DNA of 64,000 bases from Candidatus Omnitrophota bacterium (GTDB lineage Bacteria; Omnitrophota; Gorgyraeia; Zapsychrales; Fredricksoniimonadaceae): assembly GCA_030650275.1 (NCBI GenBank), contig JAUSEK010000005.1, positions 39,307-103,306 on the forward strand, written 5' to 3'. Positions 44,580-56,344 of this stretch are shown one piece after another. How positions within the stretch are numbered: position 1 is the stretch's first letter; every line of letters begins with the position of its first letter. The translations under genes were made by a program, and so were the position numbers. The notes beneath the pieces were generated by a model that was given only the letters and a program-made list of their open reading frames with translations, was not told the origin of the DNA and made no database searches.

Positions 44580-46426
44580 TACTTAATGATCCCGTTCTCC
44601 AGCCACGCGAATTCTTTGGCCAGGATCTTTTTGGCGGTTTTCAATTGGCCTTTGTCGCTGTTGGAGACGGTGTCCTGAAATAATATCTGGACACGCCGGC
44701 GCGCGTCATTGCAGAAATCGTCCGCCAGGTCAACGGCATTGTCCTGTCCTTTTTTCTTGAGCATCGCCGCGTAGGAACACACGGCGGCGATGGCGAAGAG
44801 TTCCGTGCCGATCTCCACGATGCGATTGAGAATGCTTTGCTTGCTTTCCAGTTTTTGCTGGTATTTCATGATCTGGTGGAATGTTTGGCGGGCCAGGCGT
44901 TTGGACGCGCTTTGGACATAGGCCATGTGACCGCTCAAAGGTCCGGGCAAGGGGCCGACACTTTTGAGCGGCGGCAGCCACATTTTGGGATACCACCACG
45001 CGTAAAACACGAACATCTTTGCCGCGGCCGCCAATTTGGCGGGCAGAGGCGTTTTGCCGCTTAAGAGCGGTTTTATTTTGGACAAATGCGGGTCCAGGGC
45101 TTCGCGGGCGATGAACAGATGCATGATCTCGCTGGTCCCTTCAATGATGCGGTTGATGCGCGCGTCGCGCAGCACCCGTTCAACAGGCCAGAAATCCGCG
45201 CCGCGTTTAGCCAGGGATGAAGATGTTTCATAGCCGGATCCGCCGCGGATCTGCAGGGTCTCATCCACAATTTTCCAGGACACCTCGGTGCAAAAGTATT
45301 TAGCAAGGGCCGCTTCCAGGCGTATTTCGCGTTTGGGGTCGTCGGCCATGGCCGAGGTCAGCCATGTCACGGCGTCCATGGCAAAGGTGTGGCTGGCGAT
45401 ATAACTCAATTTCAGCGCGATGGATTCGTGCTCGCCGATGGCGCTGCCCCATTGATGACGCTTGAAGGACCATTCGCGGGCCACGTTCAAACACCATTTG
45501 CCGATCCCTGTTGAGGCGGCCGGCAGGGTCAGGCGGCCGATGTTCAGGGTCATGAGGGCCAATTTCAGCCCCTCCCCTTCGCCCAGGACGATGTTCTCGC
45601 GGGGGACCTTGACATTGGTGAAACGCAAAAGCCCGTTTTGTATGCCGTGCAGGCCCATGAAATGACAGCGGTGGAGAACTTCAAAGCCGGACGTGTTGGT
45701 CTCCACAATGAACGCCGTGATCTGCTTGACCTCTTTGCCTTTGATGACCTTGGGCGGCGTGACAGCCATGACGATGAGAACGTCGGCAATGGTGCCGTTG
45801 GTGCACCATAATTTTTCGCCGTTGAGAAGGAAATGTTTCCCGTCTTCCGTCGGTGTCGCGGTGGTGGTCATCTGGCGCGGGTCGGAACCGACGGATGGTT
45901 CGGTCAAAGCAAAAGCCGACACAGCGCCTTTGGCGAAGGTGGGCAGGTATTTTTTCTTTTGTTCGGGGGTACCGAAAAATTTGAGCGGCTGGGGCACGCC
46001 GATGCTTTGATGGGCGGACAAAAGCACGGCCGTTGAACCGCAATAACTGGAAACCAGATGCATGGCGCGGTTGTAATTGTATTGGGTGAAGCCGAGCCCA
46101 TCGTATTCTTTGGGAATTTTGATGGCGAAGGCCTTCAGGTTTGCCAGTCCCTGCATGACCTTGTCGGGAATGGTATAGGTGCGGTCCACTTCATCAGGAT
46201 CAAGGTTTTCGCGCAGGAATTTTTCAAGTTTGGCCACATACTCGTCCCCTGTCTTTTTATCTTCAGCGGACTGTTCCGGGAACGGGTGGATGAGCGGGAA
46301 ATCGACGGAGCCGTGGAAGATCTTGAGCGCGAAACTGGGACTTTTCCATTCCTGTTCGCGGGCGGCCTCGGCAAATTCAAGGGATTTGAGTTTTTCCTGG
46401 CTGATATTTTTATCAAACATGCCCAT
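44579..46426 (-). CDS. Acyl-CoA dehydrogenase with long C-terminal extension
   Basis: ACAD N, middle and C domains, plus ~200 extra C-terminal residues. 615 aa. Confidence 0.8.
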   Translation of the reverse strand: MGMFDKNISQEKLKSLEFAEAAREQEWKSPSFALKIFHGSVDFPLIHPFPEQSAEDKKTGDEYVAKLEKFLRENLDPDEVDRTYTIPDKVMQGLANLKAFAIKIPKEYDGLGFTQYNYNRAMHLVSSYCGSTAVLLSAHQSIGVPQPLKFFGTPEQKKKYLPTFAKGAVSAFALTEPSVGSDPRQMTTTATPTEDGKHFLLNGEKLWCTNGTIADVLIVMAVTPPKVIKGKEVKQITAFIVETNTSGFEVLHRCHFMGLHGIQNGLLRFTNVKVPRENIVLGEGEGLKLALMTLNIGRLTLPAASTGIGKWCLNVAREWSFKRHQWGSAIGEHESIALKLSYIASHTFAMDAVTWLTSAMADDPKREIRLEAALAKYFCTEVSWKIVDETLQIRGGSGYETSSSLAKRGADFWPVERVLRDARINRIIEGTSEIMHLFIAREALDPHLSKIKPLLSGKTPLPAKLAAAAKMFVFYAWWYPKMWLPPLKSVGPLPGPLSGHMAYVQSASKRLARQTFHQIMKYQQKLESKQSILNRIVEIGTELFAIAAVCSYAAMLKKKGQDNAVDLADDFCNDARRRVQILFQDTVSNSDKGQLKTAKKILAKEFAWLENGIIK

Positions 46427-46477
46427 TGCTTTAGTATAGATATCGGGCAGGCAAAAAGCAATGATTTGGTGGGAATT

Positions 46478-46762
46478 CTAGCAGATATATTTGTCGGCCA
46501 GGGCCGGAACGTCTTCCAGGCGCACGCCGCTGTGCCAGATATTGTCCGGATAGATCATGATATTGACGCCTTTGGCGCATTGGCCGAGGCATTTGGCCTG
46601 GGCCACGCGGACCATGGGATGCAGTTTGCGTTGTTTGGCGATCTCACGCAACCGGCGGAATACCTCCTGCCCATTATGGTCCCCACAGCTGGCTTTTTCA
46701 CCGTTGGCATTGTTGATGCAGACAAAGATCTGTTTTTTATACGGGGTACTTTGTGTTTCCAT
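46478..46762 (-). CDS. Thioredoxin-like [2Fe-2S] ferredoxin
   Basis: C-x4-C ... C-x3-C spacing (CINNANGEKASCGD...CLGQCAKG). Confidence 0.55.
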   Translation of the reverse strand: METQSTPYKKQIFVCINNANGEKASCGDHNGQEVFRRLREIAKQRKLHPMVRVAQAKCLGQCAKGVNIMIYPDNIWHSGVRLEDVPALADKYIC

Positions 46763-47609
46763 AGATCATTCTCCTGTAAAAATAGTTATAAACCGGCGGC
46801 GGTAAATTTTTGCGGACCATCATCTCAAACCAGGACAAGGGATCAGAAACATAACGCAATTTCGGGTCGGCCGTGGCGATGATGCGCTCGATCAGCCGGG
46901 CTACTTGCTCGGGGTCGCGGATGCTTTGATTGATATGGCGGTTGATGGAATTCTTAATGCCCTGGCTTAAAGGATAATACGGGCTTTGGGGATCATCAAA
47001 ATTTTTGGCATAGCGCGCGTTGTCGCCAAAGATCTTTGTCGGATAAGAGCCCGGCTCCACGATGACGACCTTGACCCCGAAGGGCCTGATCTCATGATAC
47101 AGGCCTTCTGAAAAGGCCTCCAGGGCCCATTTGCTGGCGCTGTAGGCCCCCAGCGACGGGGTGGCGCTCTGTCCGGCCACGCTGGAGATATTGATGATCA
47201 TCCCCTGCCGGCGTTCGCGCATGGAAGGCAGCACTGCCCGTGTCACATTTTGCGCGCCGAAAAAATTGACTTCCATCTGTTGGCGGATCTCTTCCTGGGA
47301 GGTGTCTTCAAAAAATCCGCCCAGGCCTTGTCCGGCATTATTGATCAGAACGTCAATGTGTCCGTGTTTTTGAAGGATCTCGGCAATGACCGGCTGGATG
47401 GTCTGGGGCCTGGTGACGTCCAAAGCGCGGATCTGCACATGCCCGGCGCGTTTGGCAACTTCATCCGACAAGGACTGGCGTTTGTTGAGATCGCGCATGG
47501 TGGCATAGACGATGTGTCCCGCGCCGCCCAAACGCGCGGACGTCAAAAGGCCGAAACCGCTCGATGTTCCAGTGATGAGAATAACTTTGGAAGACATTAT
47601 AGGGGACAT
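46737..47609 (-). CDS. Short-chain dehydrogenase/reductase
   Basis: TGTSSGFG Rossmann motif and an S...YxxxK catalytic triad (YSASK). Confidence 0.85.
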   Translation of the reverse strand: MSPIMSSKVILITGTSSGFGLLTSARLGGAGHIVYATMRDLNKRQSLSDEVAKRAGHVQIRALDVTRPQTIQPVIAEILQKHGHIDVLINNAGQGLGGFFEDTSQEEIRQQMEVNFFGAQNVTRAVLPSMRERRQGMIINISSVAGQSATPSLGAYSASKWALEAFSEGLYHEIRPFGVKVVIVEPGSYPTKIFGDNARYAKNFDDPQSPYYPLSQGIKNSINRHINQSIRDPEQVARLIERIIATADPKLRYVSDPLSWFEMMVRKNLPPPVYNYFYRRMIYGNTKYPV

Positions 47610-47671
47610 GCACCGTAACCCTAATTACGGCGGAATATGTGTGTTAATTGGGGTTACGGTTCGTGTCCCCT
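47601..47671. repeat. Long near-perfect palindrome (27-nt arms) spanning the aroC stop and the SDR start
   Basis: Arm 1 AGGGGACATGCACCGTAACCCTAATTA (47601-47627), arm 2 TAATTGGGGTTACGGTTCGTGTCCCCT (47645-47671). Confidence 0.7.
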
Positions 47672-48732
47672 AGGGTGGCTTTCTGGAGCATTAATGCGTC
47701 GATGATGGTCAAAGCGACCATGGCTTCTGCCACGGGAACAACGCGCGGGCACAGGCAGGGATCGTGGCGGCCTTTGACCTGAATTTCCGTTTCTTCAAGG
47801 TTTTTGGTCACGGACTTTTGGACCTTGGCAATGGACGACGGCGGTTTAAGCGCCATGCGAAGCACAATGTCCTGGCCTGAAGAAATACCGCCGTTGATGC
47901 CGCCGGCATGATTGGTGGCTGTCGCAATCTTCCCGCCTTTGGCGATAAAAACATCGTTATTCTGTGAGCCCAACATTTGAGCGGTTTTGAACCCGGCGCC
48001 GAATTCAACGCCCTTGACGGTGGCGATGGAAAATAAAGCGGCGCCCAAACGCGCGTTGAGTTTATCAAAACAAGGGTCGCCTAATCCCGGCGGGCATCCT
48101 TTGATCAGGACTTCCACGATCCCGCCGATGGAGTCGCCGTTTTTACGCACTTCTTCAATGCGGGCGATCATTTTTTCCGCCTGCGCCATGTCCGGCGCGC
48201 GGACCAAATTCTTTTCAATGACGCCAAGGTCAATGGTTTTGGCGTAAATGTCGCCGACCGCCAGCGTGTAGGCCGTGATGCTGACCTTGTGACGGGCCAG
48301 GATCTTTTTGGCGACCGCGCCGGCCGCGACACGGCAGGCGGTTTCCCGTCCCGAGGAACGCCCTCCCCCGCGGTAATCACGGAAACCGAATTTGGCTTCG
48401 TATGTAAAATCTGCGTGACCCGGGCGGAACGCGTCCTTGATATTGGCATAATCCTTGGAACGCGCGTCCTCATTGCGGATGAGGAGGGCCAGAGGCGCGC
48501 CTGTGGTCTTGCCTTCAAAGACACCGGAGAGAATTTCAACAATGTCATTTTCTTTGCGTTGGGTCGTGATCTTGCTCTGGCCGGGTTTGCGGCGGTCAAG
48601 GTCGGGCTGAATGTCGGATTCGGACAAAGGCAGCTGCGGCGGTACGCCGTCAATGACCACACCGATGGCGGGCCCGTGGCTTTCGCCGAATGTCGTTACA
48701 CGAAATAATTTTCCAAACGTGTTTCCAGCCAT
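47644..48732 (-). CDS. aroC: Chorismate synthase
   Basis: Conserved chorismate synthase signatures along the full 362 aa. Confidence 0.9.
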   Translation of the reverse strand: MAGNTFGKLFRVTTFGESHGPAIGVVIDGVPPQLPLSESDIQPDLDRRKPGQSKITTQRKENDIVEILSGVFEGKTTGAPLALLIRNEDARSKDYANIKDAFRPGHADFTYEAKFGFRDYRGGGRSSGRETACRVAAGAVAKKILARHKVSITAYTLAVGDIYAKTIDLGVIEKNLVRAPDMAQAEKMIARIEEVRKNGDSIGGIVEVLIKGCPPGLGDPCFDKLNARLGAALFSIATVKGVEFGAGFKTAQMLGSQNNDVFIAKGGKIATATNHAGGINGGISSGQDIVLRMALKPPSSIAKVQKSVTKNLEETEIQVKGRHDPCLCPRVVPVAEAMVALTIIDALMLQKATLGDTNRNPN

Positions 48733-48740
48733 ATTATTAG

Positions 48741-48811
48741 GAATTATAGGGACACAATACTTAATTCAACCATAACTAACGCAGGAATTAAGTATTGTGT
48801 CCCTATAATTC
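48741..48811. repeat. Perfect 27-bp inverted repeat filling the ilvD-aroC intercistronic gap
   Basis: GAATTATAGGGACACAATACTTAATTC (48741-48767), 17-nt loop, then the exact reverse complement at 48785-48811. Shares the terminal TTATAGGG(G)ACA with the palindrome at 47601. Confidence 0.8.
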
Positions 48812-50483
48812 AATCAGTGACTGCTCCTAATGATGCACTACTGACGTCTCTGGCGTATTTGGCCAGGACCCCGCGGGTATAGCGCGGTTTTGGTTGTTTC
48901 CAGGCCTTTAAACGTTTCTTGATCTCTGCCGCTGTCAGGCCAAGGTTGATCTCCTGCTTTTGGGCGCTTATAGTTATTGTATCACCATTTCGCACGATTG
49001 CCAACGGCCCGCCGGTATAGGCCTCCGGTGTGATATGTCCCACCACGAACCCGTGGCTTCCCCCGGAAAAACGTCCGTCGGTGATGAGCGCGACATCCTT
49101 ACCCAAACCGCGTCCTGAAATGGCGGATGTGGGCGAAAGCATTTCGCGCATGCCGGGCCCGCCCTTGGGTCCTTCATAACGGATGACAATGACGTCGCCT
49201 TTTTTAACAGTCCCGTCCAATATTTTCTTGAGGGCGGTCTCTTCGGATTCAAACACGCGCGCTTTGCCGGTGAAGGACGTCCCTTCCTTGCCGCTGATCT
49301 TGGCCACGGCACCCTGCGGCGCCAGGTTCCCGTAAAGGATGACCAGATGGCTTTCCTTTTTAATGGGATGGTCAAATGGACGGATGATCTCCTGCCCCGC
49401 CGGGTAGGGTTGGACATTTTTAAGGTTTTCCGCCACGGTCTTGCCGCTGACGGTCATGCACTCGCCGTGCAAAAGCCCCTTGTCCAAAAGCATTTTCATC
49501 AAAGGCACGATGCCGCCGATGGCGACCAGTTCCGCCATGACAAAACGGCCGCTGGGTTTTAAGTCCGCCAGCACCGGCACTTTTTTACCCACACGGGTGA
49601 AATCATCAATGGTCAATTTGACCCCGGCGGTGTCGGCCATGGCCAACAAATGCAGGATGGAATTGGTGGAGCCGCCCAAAGCGATCACAACGGTGATGGC
49701 GTTCTCAAATGCTTTTTTGGTCATGATGTCGCGGGGACGTATGTTTTTTTCCAGCAGGTCCAGCACCGCCGCACCCGCGCGGCGGCAGTCATCCTCTTTT
49801 TCTTTGGAGATCGCCGCTTGCGCGGAACTGTTGGGCAAACTCATGCCCAGCGCTTCAATGGCGGAAGCCATGGTGTTGGCCGTATACATCCCTCCGCAGG
49901 AACCCGGCCCGGGAATGGCGCAGGACTCTACACCTTTTAATTCTTCATCGGAAATTTTGTGCGCGGCATGCTGGCCCACGGCTTCAAAGACCGAAACGAT
50001 ATCAGCATTTTTTCCTTTGTAACAGCCGGGCAGGATCGTGCCGCCGTAGACGAACACCGACGGACGGTTGAGGCGCGCCATGGCCATGACGCATCCGGGC
50101 ATGTTCTTGTCACAGCCGCCGACGGCCACCAGCCCGTCAAAACCCTCGCATCCCATCACGGTTTCCACGGAATCGGCGATCACTTCCCGCGAGACCAGCG
50201 AATACTTCATCCCTTCGCTGCCCATGGAGATCCCGTCGGAGATCGTAATGGTGTTAAAGATCACCGCCTTGCCGCCGGCCGCGTTGGCGCCCTGGGCGGC
50301 CTTGTCCGCCAGCACATTGATGTGCATGTTGCACGGGGTCACCATGGACCACGTGGACGCGATGCCGATCTGGGGCTTCTTGAAATCCTCATCCTTAAAT
50401 CCGACGGCGCGCAGCATCGCGCGGCTGGGCGCGCGGTCATCACCGTCGGTGACAATGCTGGAAAATTTACGAATATTTGACAT
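48810..50483 (-). CDS. ilvD: Dihydroxy-acid dehydratase
   Basis: IlvD/EDD family with the Fe-S cysteines (CDKNMPG, SVFEAVG...). Confidence 0.95.
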   Translation of the reverse strand: MSNIRKFSSIVTDGDDRAPSRAMLRAVGFKDEDFKKPQIGIASTWSMVTPCNMHINVLADKAAQGANAAGGKAVIFNTITISDGISMGSEGMKYSLVSREVIADSVETVMGCEGFDGLVAVGGCDKNMPGCVMAMARLNRPSVFVYGGTILPGCYKGKNADIVSVFEAVGQHAAHKISDEELKGVESCAIPGPGSCGGMYTANTMASAIEALGMSLPNSSAQAAISKEKEDDCRRAGAAVLDLLEKNIRPRDIMTKKAFENAITVVIALGGSTNSILHLLAMADTAGVKLTIDDFTRVGKKVPVLADLKPSGRFVMAELVAIGGIVPLMKMLLDKGLLHGECMTVSGKTVAENLKNVQPYPAGQEIIRPFDHPIKKESHLVILYGNLAPQGAVAKISGKEGTSFTGKARVFESEETALKKILDGTVKKGDVIVIRYEGPKGGPGMREMLSPTSAISGRGLGKDVALITDGRFSGGSHGFVVGHITPEAYTGGPLAIVRNGDTITISAQKQEINLGLTAAEIKKRLKAWKQPKPRYTRGVLAKYARDVSSASLGAVTD

Positions 50484-50498
50484 ATTGCCTCATTGTCG

Positions 50499-51116
50499 CT
50501 ATTTACGGGTTAACCACGGCCTCTGATTTTTTATCTTTTCCTCATAAGCGCTGATGCGCTCGCTAAACTGTATGGTCCAGCCGATGCTGTCCAGACCCTT
50601 GAGCAGGCATTCCTTGGCAAAAGCATTGATGGAAAAAGAATATTTCTTTGTTCCCGCGATGATGGTTTGAGCCGGCAGGTCTGCCGTGATCTTCGCATCC
50701 GGTGTGGACTTGATATAGACAAAAATTTCATCCACTTCTTTGGACTTCAAGGCCGCCGGCAAAATGCCGTTCTTGATGCAATTGTTGTAAAAAATGTCGG
50801 CGAAACTCGGCGCGACGATGACTTTAAAACCGAAATCCCCCAGGGCCCACGGCGCGTGTTCACGGCTGGATCCGCATCCGAAGTTGTCCCTCGCTGCCAA
50901 AACCGTGGCTTTGCGGTAACGCGGCTGGTTGAGGACAAAATCGGGGTTTTCCCTGGTCCCCTCGTAGTCCAGATAGCGCCATTCGTGGAACAGATGTTTG
51001 CCGAAACCCGTCCGTTCTATCTTCCTTAAGAATTGTTTGGGCACGATCGCGTCGGTGTCCACGTTGACCCGGTCCAATGGTGCGGCGATCCCTGTATGTG
51101 TCATGAAGGACTGCAT
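50499..51116 (-). CDS. leuD: 3-isopropylmalate dehydratase small subunit
   Basis: LeuD-type aconitase swivel domain. Confidence 0.9.
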   Translation of the reverse strand: MQSFMTHTGIAAPLDRVNVDTDAIVPKQFLRKIERTGFGKHLFHEWRYLDYEGTRENPDFVLNQPRYRKATVLAARDNFGCGSSREHAPWALGDFGFKVIVAPSFADIFYNNCIKNGILPAALKSKEVDEIFVYIKSTPDAKITADLPAQTIIAGTKKYSFSINAFAKECLLKGLDSIGWTIQFSERISAYEEKIKNQRPWLTRK

Positions 51117-51117
51117 A

Positions 51118-52530
51118 TTATTTGAATGTGCGGATATCCGTAATTTTTCCGGTGATGGCGGCCACGGCAGCCATTTGGGGGCTCATCAAATGCGTGCGCC
51201 CGCCGGGACCCTGGCGCCCCTCAAAATTGCGATTGCTGGAAGAAGCGCAGCGTTCCCCTTTTTTCAACTGGTCGTCGTTCATCCCCAGACACATGGAACA
51301 GCCCGCGAAACGCCATTCAAAACCGGCGCCGGTGAATATCCTGTCCAAGCCCTCTTTTTCCGCCTGACGGCGCACGCGTCCGGAACCGGGCACAACAATG
51401 GCCTGCACACCCGGTGCCACGTGTTTACCGATGACCATCTGGGCGGCGGCCCGCAGGTCTTCCATGCGTCCGTTGGTGCAGGAACCGATAAAAACCTTGT
51501 CAATAGCGATACCCTTGATTTTGGTGCCGGGTTTCAGGTCCATATAAGCCAAAGCATTGCGGGCCGCGGCGCGGTCCACCGGGTCGGTGAATTCTTCAGG
51601 GTCCGGCACCTGGCCGTCAATGGAGGTCACCTGCCCCGGGCTTGTGCCCCATGTCACTTGCGGGGCGATGTCTTTGGCTTTGATGTTAAGGGTCTTATCA
51701 AATTTTGCGTCCGCGTCGCTGGGTAATGTTTTCCAGTAGGCCACGGCCTTGTCCCAATCCCCGCCTTTGGGGACGAAATCGCGGCCTTTCATGTAATTGA
51801 ATGTCACGTCATCGGGGGCCATCATCCCGGCGCGCGCTCCGGCCTCAATGCTCATATTGCAAATGGTCATGCGGCCTTCCATGGACAAGGAACGGAGGAC
51901 GCTTCCCGCGTATTCAATAACATACCCGGTGGCGCCGGCCGTGCCGATCCGGCCGATGATATACAAAATAATGTCCTTAGACGTTACTTTAGGGGCCAAT
52001 TTTCCGTCAATATTAATGAGCATGGTTTTGGCTTTATCTTGCTGTAACGTCTGGGTGGCCAGGACATGCTCCACTTCGGACGTGCCGATGCCAAAAGCCA
52101 GGGTGCCGAAAGCGCCGTGGGTGGAAGTATGCGAATCGCCGCACACGATGGTCATGCCCGGCAAGGTCAGCCCCTGTTCAGGGCCGATGATGTGCACGAT
52201 GCCCTGGTCCTCACTGGCAAAATCGTATAATTTGATGCCGAAATCTTGGCAATTTTTAGATAAGGTGTCCATTTGAGTGCGCGAGGTGGCCTCCACCTTG
52301 GTGATGTCCTTGGTGCGCGTGGACACATTGTGGTCCATGGTCGCAAAGGTTTTTTGCGGCACGCGCACGGTACGTTTGGTCTCACGCAAAGCGGTAAAGG
52401 CCTGGGGCGATGTCACTTCGTGGACCAGGTGCAGGTCCACGTAAATGAGCGACGTGTCTCCCTGGGACCCGCGGACCAAATGGTCGTCCCAGATCTTTTC
52501 ATACATGGTTTTTCCCATAAGAGCGACCAT
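51118..52530 (-). CDS. leuC: 3-isopropylmalate dehydratase large subunit
   Basis: Aconitase-family catalytic domains with Fe-S Cys ligands ([15 protein letters not shown]). Confidence 0.9.
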   Translation of the reverse strand: MVALMGKTMYEKIWDDHLVRGSQGDTSLIYVDLHLVHEVTSPQAFTALRETKRTVRVPQKTFATMDHNVSTRTKDITKVEATSRTQMDTLSKNCQDFGIKLYDFASEDQGIVHIIGPEQGLTLPGMTIVCGDSHTSTHGAFGTLAFGIGTSEVEHVLATQTLQQDKAKTMLINIDGKLAPKVTSKDIILYIIGRIGTAGATGYVIEYAGSVLRSLSMEGRMTICNMSIEAGARAGMMAPDDVTFNYMKGRDFVPKGGDWDKAVAYWKTLPSDADAKFDKTLNIKAKDIAPQVTWGTSPGQVTSIDGQVPDPEEFTDPVDRAAARNALAYMDLKPGTKIKGIAIDKVFIGSCTNGRMEDLRAAAQMVIGKHVAPGVQAIVVPGSGRVRRQAEKEGLDRIFTGAGFEWRFAGCSMCLGMNDDQLKKGERCASSSNRNFEGRQGPGGRTHLMSPQMAAVAAITGKITDIRTFK

Positions 52531-52583
52531 TATATCGGACGGCGGCTGTTCTGTCCAGCCAAGAAGGCAGCACCTGCCTTCTC

Positions 52584-53240
52584 CTATGTCATTTGGATGA
52601 GGGCTTGGACGAGTTTTTCAATGCCTTCGGCCAGTTGGGAGACGCGGGCTTTGAGCATGTAGCACGGGGTTGTCACGACCTTGTTTTTAGGGTCAATGAC
52701 AATGTTTGTGGCAGATGTATCCTGCGGTACAGCGCCCCATTGCCGGGCCGCGGCATTGACCTTGGCATCATTGCCGAAGGTCACGGAAACGCCTTTGAGC
52801 AGTTTGGCCAAAATGACCGGAGCGATGCACAGAGCGCCGATGGGTTTGTTCGCTTTGTGCATGGCCTGGACGGCGCGTTGGACGTCCGGGTTGACCGTCA
52901 TTTTTTCCCCGTCCACGGCAAAGGTGCACAGATTATACGCCACTCCGTTGCCGCCGGGCAGAACCAGGATGTCAAAATCGGTTTCTTTGAATGTGCTTAA
53001 GGGTTTGATGTCACTGCGGGCGATGCGGGCTGATTCCAGAAGAACATTGCGCGTTTCTTTCATCGGTTCATTGGTGAGAAAATTGGTGACGTGATGCTGA
53101 TTTGTGTCCGGGGCAAAGCACTGGTATTGCCCGCCCGAATGGTCAATGGCCAAAAGGGTCAGCACCGATTCGTGGATCTCGGCCCCGTCTTTGTTGCCGC
53201 ATCCGGCTAAAATGACGGCAAAACGCAATTGTCCCATCAC
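52584..53240 (-). CDS. DJ-1/PfpI (ElbB/ES1-like) class I glutamine amidotransferase-like protein
   Basis: [18 protein letters not shown]-terminus and the nucleophile-elbow Cys (GALCIAP). Confidence 0.65.
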   Translation of the reverse strand: MMGQLRFAVILAGCGNKDGAEIHESVLTLLAIDHSGGQYQCFAPDTNQHHVTNFLTNEPMKETRNVLLESARIARSDIKPLSTFKETDFDILVLPGGNGVAYNLCTFAVDGEKMTVNPDVQRAVQAMHKANKPIGALCIAPVILAKLLKGVSVTFGNDAKVNAAARQWGAVPQDTSATNIVIDPKNKVVTTPCYMLKARVSQLAEGIEKLVQALIQMT

Positions 53241-53244
53241 AACC

Positions 53245-55944
53245 TCATTTGGCTAATTTGCGCAAGACAGTTTGTAAGATGCCGCCATTGCGGTAATAGT
53301 CCACTTCCACCAGGGTGTCAATGCGGCAGACGGCTTTGAATTCTTTTCGTCCGCCGTCGGGATGGGTGGCGATGACCGTGATGTCCTGGCGGGGTTTGAG
53401 ATCGTTGTTCAAACCGACAAATTCAAAGACCTCATCCCCTTTTAACCCGATCAACGCAGAGTTCTCTCCTGCCTTGAATTGCAAAGGCAGAACGCCCATG
53501 CCCACCAGATTACTACGGTGGATGCGTTCATAACTTTGGGCGATGACCGCTTTGACGCCTAAAAGCGTTGTGCCTTTGGCGGCCCAGTCGCGGCTGGAAC
53601 CGGCGCCGTATTCCTTGCCGGCCAAAACGACCAGCGGTGTGGAGCTTTTTTTATATTTCAAAGAGGCCTCGTAAATGAACATTTTTTCGCCCGTCGGCCA
53701 ATAGGTCGTCCACGGGCCTTCACTGCCGGGCGCGATGAGATTACGCAGGCGTATATTGCCGAACGTTCCCCGCGTCATCACGCGGTCATTGCCGCGGCGG
53801 GTCCCGTAACTGTTGAAATCCGCCGGCTGTATCCCCTCAGCCATCAGGTATTTTCCCGCCGGACTGTCCTTGGCAATGGACCCGGCCGGTGAAATATGGT
53901 CGGTGGTGATGGAATCCCCCACCATGACCAGACACCGCGCGCCCCGGATGGGCTGGAGCACATCCGGCGTTGCCTTCATTTTGATAAAATACGGCGGTTC
54001 CTGAATGTAGGTGCTTTGAGGGTCCCATGGGAAAAGGTCTGATCTTTTTAACTTGATGGCGTTCCAATCCTTATTGCCCTTGTCTACACTTTTATACCGT
54101 TGGCGGAATATTTTGGCTTTGACGAATTTGGACTCCAGACGGTGAATTTCCTCCTGCGCGGGCCAAATGTCTTTCAAATAAACCGGCTTGCCCTTTTTAT
54201 CCTGACCGATGGGTTCACGGGACAGGTCAATGTCCACGCGTCCGGCCAGAGCGTAAGCCACCACCAGCGGCGGGCTGGCCAGATAATTGGCCTTGGTGTA
54301 TGGATTGATCCGGCCTTCAAAATTACGGTTGCCGGACAGGACGCTGGCCGCGACCAGATCCCCCTCCTGAATGGCCTTGGCCACAGGTTCGGGCAAAGGC
54401 CCGCTGTTGCCGATGCAGGTCGTACAGCCATAGCCGACAATGTTAAACCCCAGTTTTTCCAAAGGCGCCATCAATCCCGCTTCTTTTAAATATTCTTCAA
54501 CCACCTGCGAGCCAGGGGCAAAACTTGTTTTGACATAGGATTTGCTGGTCAGTCCTTTTTCAACGGCTTTTTTGGCCAAAAGACCTGCGCCGATGAGCAC
54601 CGACGGGTTTGAAGTATTGGTGCAGCTGGTGATGGCCGCGATCACGACCGCGCCATGGCCGATGGTTGTGCCGACACCATTTTGGACAACAGCTGTATGG
54701 TTCAAGTCGTCTTGAGATAAACCATAACCGCGTTGTTTGACGTCAGCGGTCAATGAGGCCCGGAAGTTTGTTTTGACCTGTGTCAACGGCACGCGGTCCT
54801 GCGGACGCTTGGGGCCGGCCAGGCACGGTTCAACCGTGGACAGGTCTAATTCCAAAAGATCGCTGTATTGCGGCTGGGCCGACTTAGGATCGTAAAACAG
54901 CCCCTGCTCTTTGTAATAATGCTCCACCAGGTCCACCTCGGCGGCTGTTCTGCCGGAAAGGCGCAAATAATTCAATGTTTCCTCGTCCACCGGGAACAGG
55001 CCGATGGTGGCCCCGTATTCAGGGGACATGTTGGCAATGGTGGCACGGTCCGGCAAGGTCAAATGTTTTAACCCATCACCGAAGAATTCAACGAATTTGT
55101 CCACGACGCCTTTTTGACGCAGTATTTGCGTGACGGTGAGCACCAGGTCGGTCGCGGTCACCCCCTCTTTCAAACGCCCGGTCAATTTAAAACCTGTCAC
55201 TTCCGGTAAAAGCATATAAATGGGTTCGCCGAGCATCACAGCTTCCGCTTCTATACCGCCCACACCCCACCCCACAATGCCTAATCCGTTGATCATCGTC
55301 GTATGGGAATCGGTGCCGACTAAACTATCGGGATAAGCCGTCACGGTCTTTCCGGTCTTTTTTTTCAATACCCCTTTGGCCAGATATTCCAGATTGACCT
55401 GATGCACAATGCCTGTGGCCGGCGGGACCACGCGGAAATTCCGCAGGGCGCTTTGGCCCCATTTGAGGAATTCATACCGTTCTTTGTTGCGTTCAAATTC
55501 CAGTTTCACGTTTTGGCCCAACGCTTTTTGGGTGCCGAACGCGTCCACCTGCACGGAATGGTCAATGACCAGGTCGCATTGCACCTGCGGGTTGATCTTT
55601 TTGAAATCGCCCCCTAAGCGTTTCATGGCATCGCGCATGGCGGCCAGGTCCACCATACACGGAACACCGGTAAAATCCTGCAAAAGCACGCGGCCGGGCT
55701 TGAAAGCGATCTCATTTTTAGGCGTATTGGGCGTCCAATTCAGGATGGTCCTGATGTCTTTGAAGGTGACCTCATAACCGTCTTCATTGCGCAGAGCGCT
55801 TTCCAGCAGGATGCGGATGGAGAACGGCAGATGCGCGGGGTCTTTTAAGCCCGCCTTCGCCAGTTTGGGCAGGGCGAAGATCGTGTATTTTGATGATTGG
55901 ACGGACAGTATTTTCTGGACGGATCGTTTGTCAAATACGGACAT
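53245..55944 (-). CDS. acnA: Aconitate hydratase A
   Basis: 899 aa, AcnA/IRP-type aconitase with the Fe-S Cys triad. Confidence 0.95.
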   Translation of the reverse strand: MSVFDKRSVQKILSVQSSKYTIFALPKLAKAGLKDPAHLPFSIRILLESALRNEDGYEVTFKDIRTILNWTPNTPKNEIAFKPGRVLLQDFTGVPCMVDLAAMRDAMKRLGGDFKKINPQVQCDLVIDHSVQVDAFGTQKALGQNVKLEFERNKERYEFLKWGQSALRNFRVVPPATGIVHQVNLEYLAKGVLKKKTGKTVTAYPDSLVGTDSHTTMINGLGIVGWGVGGIEAEAVMLGEPIYMLLPEVTGFKLTGRLKEGVTATDLVLTVTQILRQKGVVDKFVEFFGDGLKHLTLPDRATIANMSPEYGATIGLFPVDEETLNYLRLSGRTAAEVDLVEHYYKEQGLFYDPKSAQPQYSDLLELDLSTVEPCLAGPKRPQDRVPLTQVKTNFRASLTADVKQRGYGLSQDDLNHTAVVQNGVGTTIGHGAVVIAAITSCTNTSNPSVLIGAGLLAKKAVEKGLTSKSYVKTSFAPGSQVVEEYLKEAGLMAPLEKLGFNIVGYGCTTCIGNSGPLPEPVAKAIQEGDLVAASVLSGNRNFEGRINPYTKANYLASPPLVVAYALAGRVDIDLSREPIGQDKKGKPVYLKDIWPAQEEIHRLESKFVKAKIFRQRYKSVDKGNKDWNAIKLKRSDLFPWDPQSTYIQEPPYFIKMKATPDVLQPIRGARCLVMVGDSITTDHISPAGSIAKDSPAGKYLMAEGIQPADFNSYGTRRGNDRVMTRGTFGNIRLRNLIAPGSEGPWTTYWPTGEKMFIYEASLKYKKSSTPLVVLAGKEYGAGSSRDWAAKGTTLLGVKAVIAQSYERIHRSNLVGMGVLPLQFKAGENSALIGLKGDEVFEFVGLNNDLKPRQDITVIATHPDGGRKEFKAVCRIDTLVEVDYYRNGGILQTVLRKLAK

Positions 55945-56062
55945 AGTGATTCAATTATAGGTAATCCCCCCATGGCCGTCAATAAAGGATTGGCATTTGA
56001 CACGCACAAATTGATATGTTAATTTAATGTTCAATATTGTCCCTAACCGGAGGAGATTTTCA

Positions 56063-56344
56063 ATGGCCCACATCGTCACTGAACCCTGTATCAAGTGCAA
56101 ATATACCGACTGCGTCACTGTCTGCCCGGTGGATTGTTTCCATGAAGACAAGGAAATGCTGGTCATTGACCCTGACGTGTGCATTGACTGCGGTGCCTGC
56201 ATCCCTGAATGCCCGGTGCAGGCCATTTATACCGATGCCGACATCCCTGAAAAATCCAAGAGTTACATAGAGCTGAACGCCAAAAGGTCCAAGGAACTCC
56301 CCGTCATCACCGAGAAGAAAACCCCTCTGGCACCGCCGAAGTAA
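56063..56344 (+). CDS. fdxA: 7Fe ferredoxin (FdxA-type, [3Fe-4S][4Fe-4S])
   Basis: [14 protein letters not shown] and [19 protein letters not shown] 9 nt upstream of the ATG at 56063. Confidence 0.85.
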   Translation: MAHIVTEPCIKCKYTDCVTVCPVDCFHEDKEMLVIDPDVCIDCGACIPECPVQAIYTDADIPEKSKSYIELNAKRSKELPVITEKKTPLAPPK

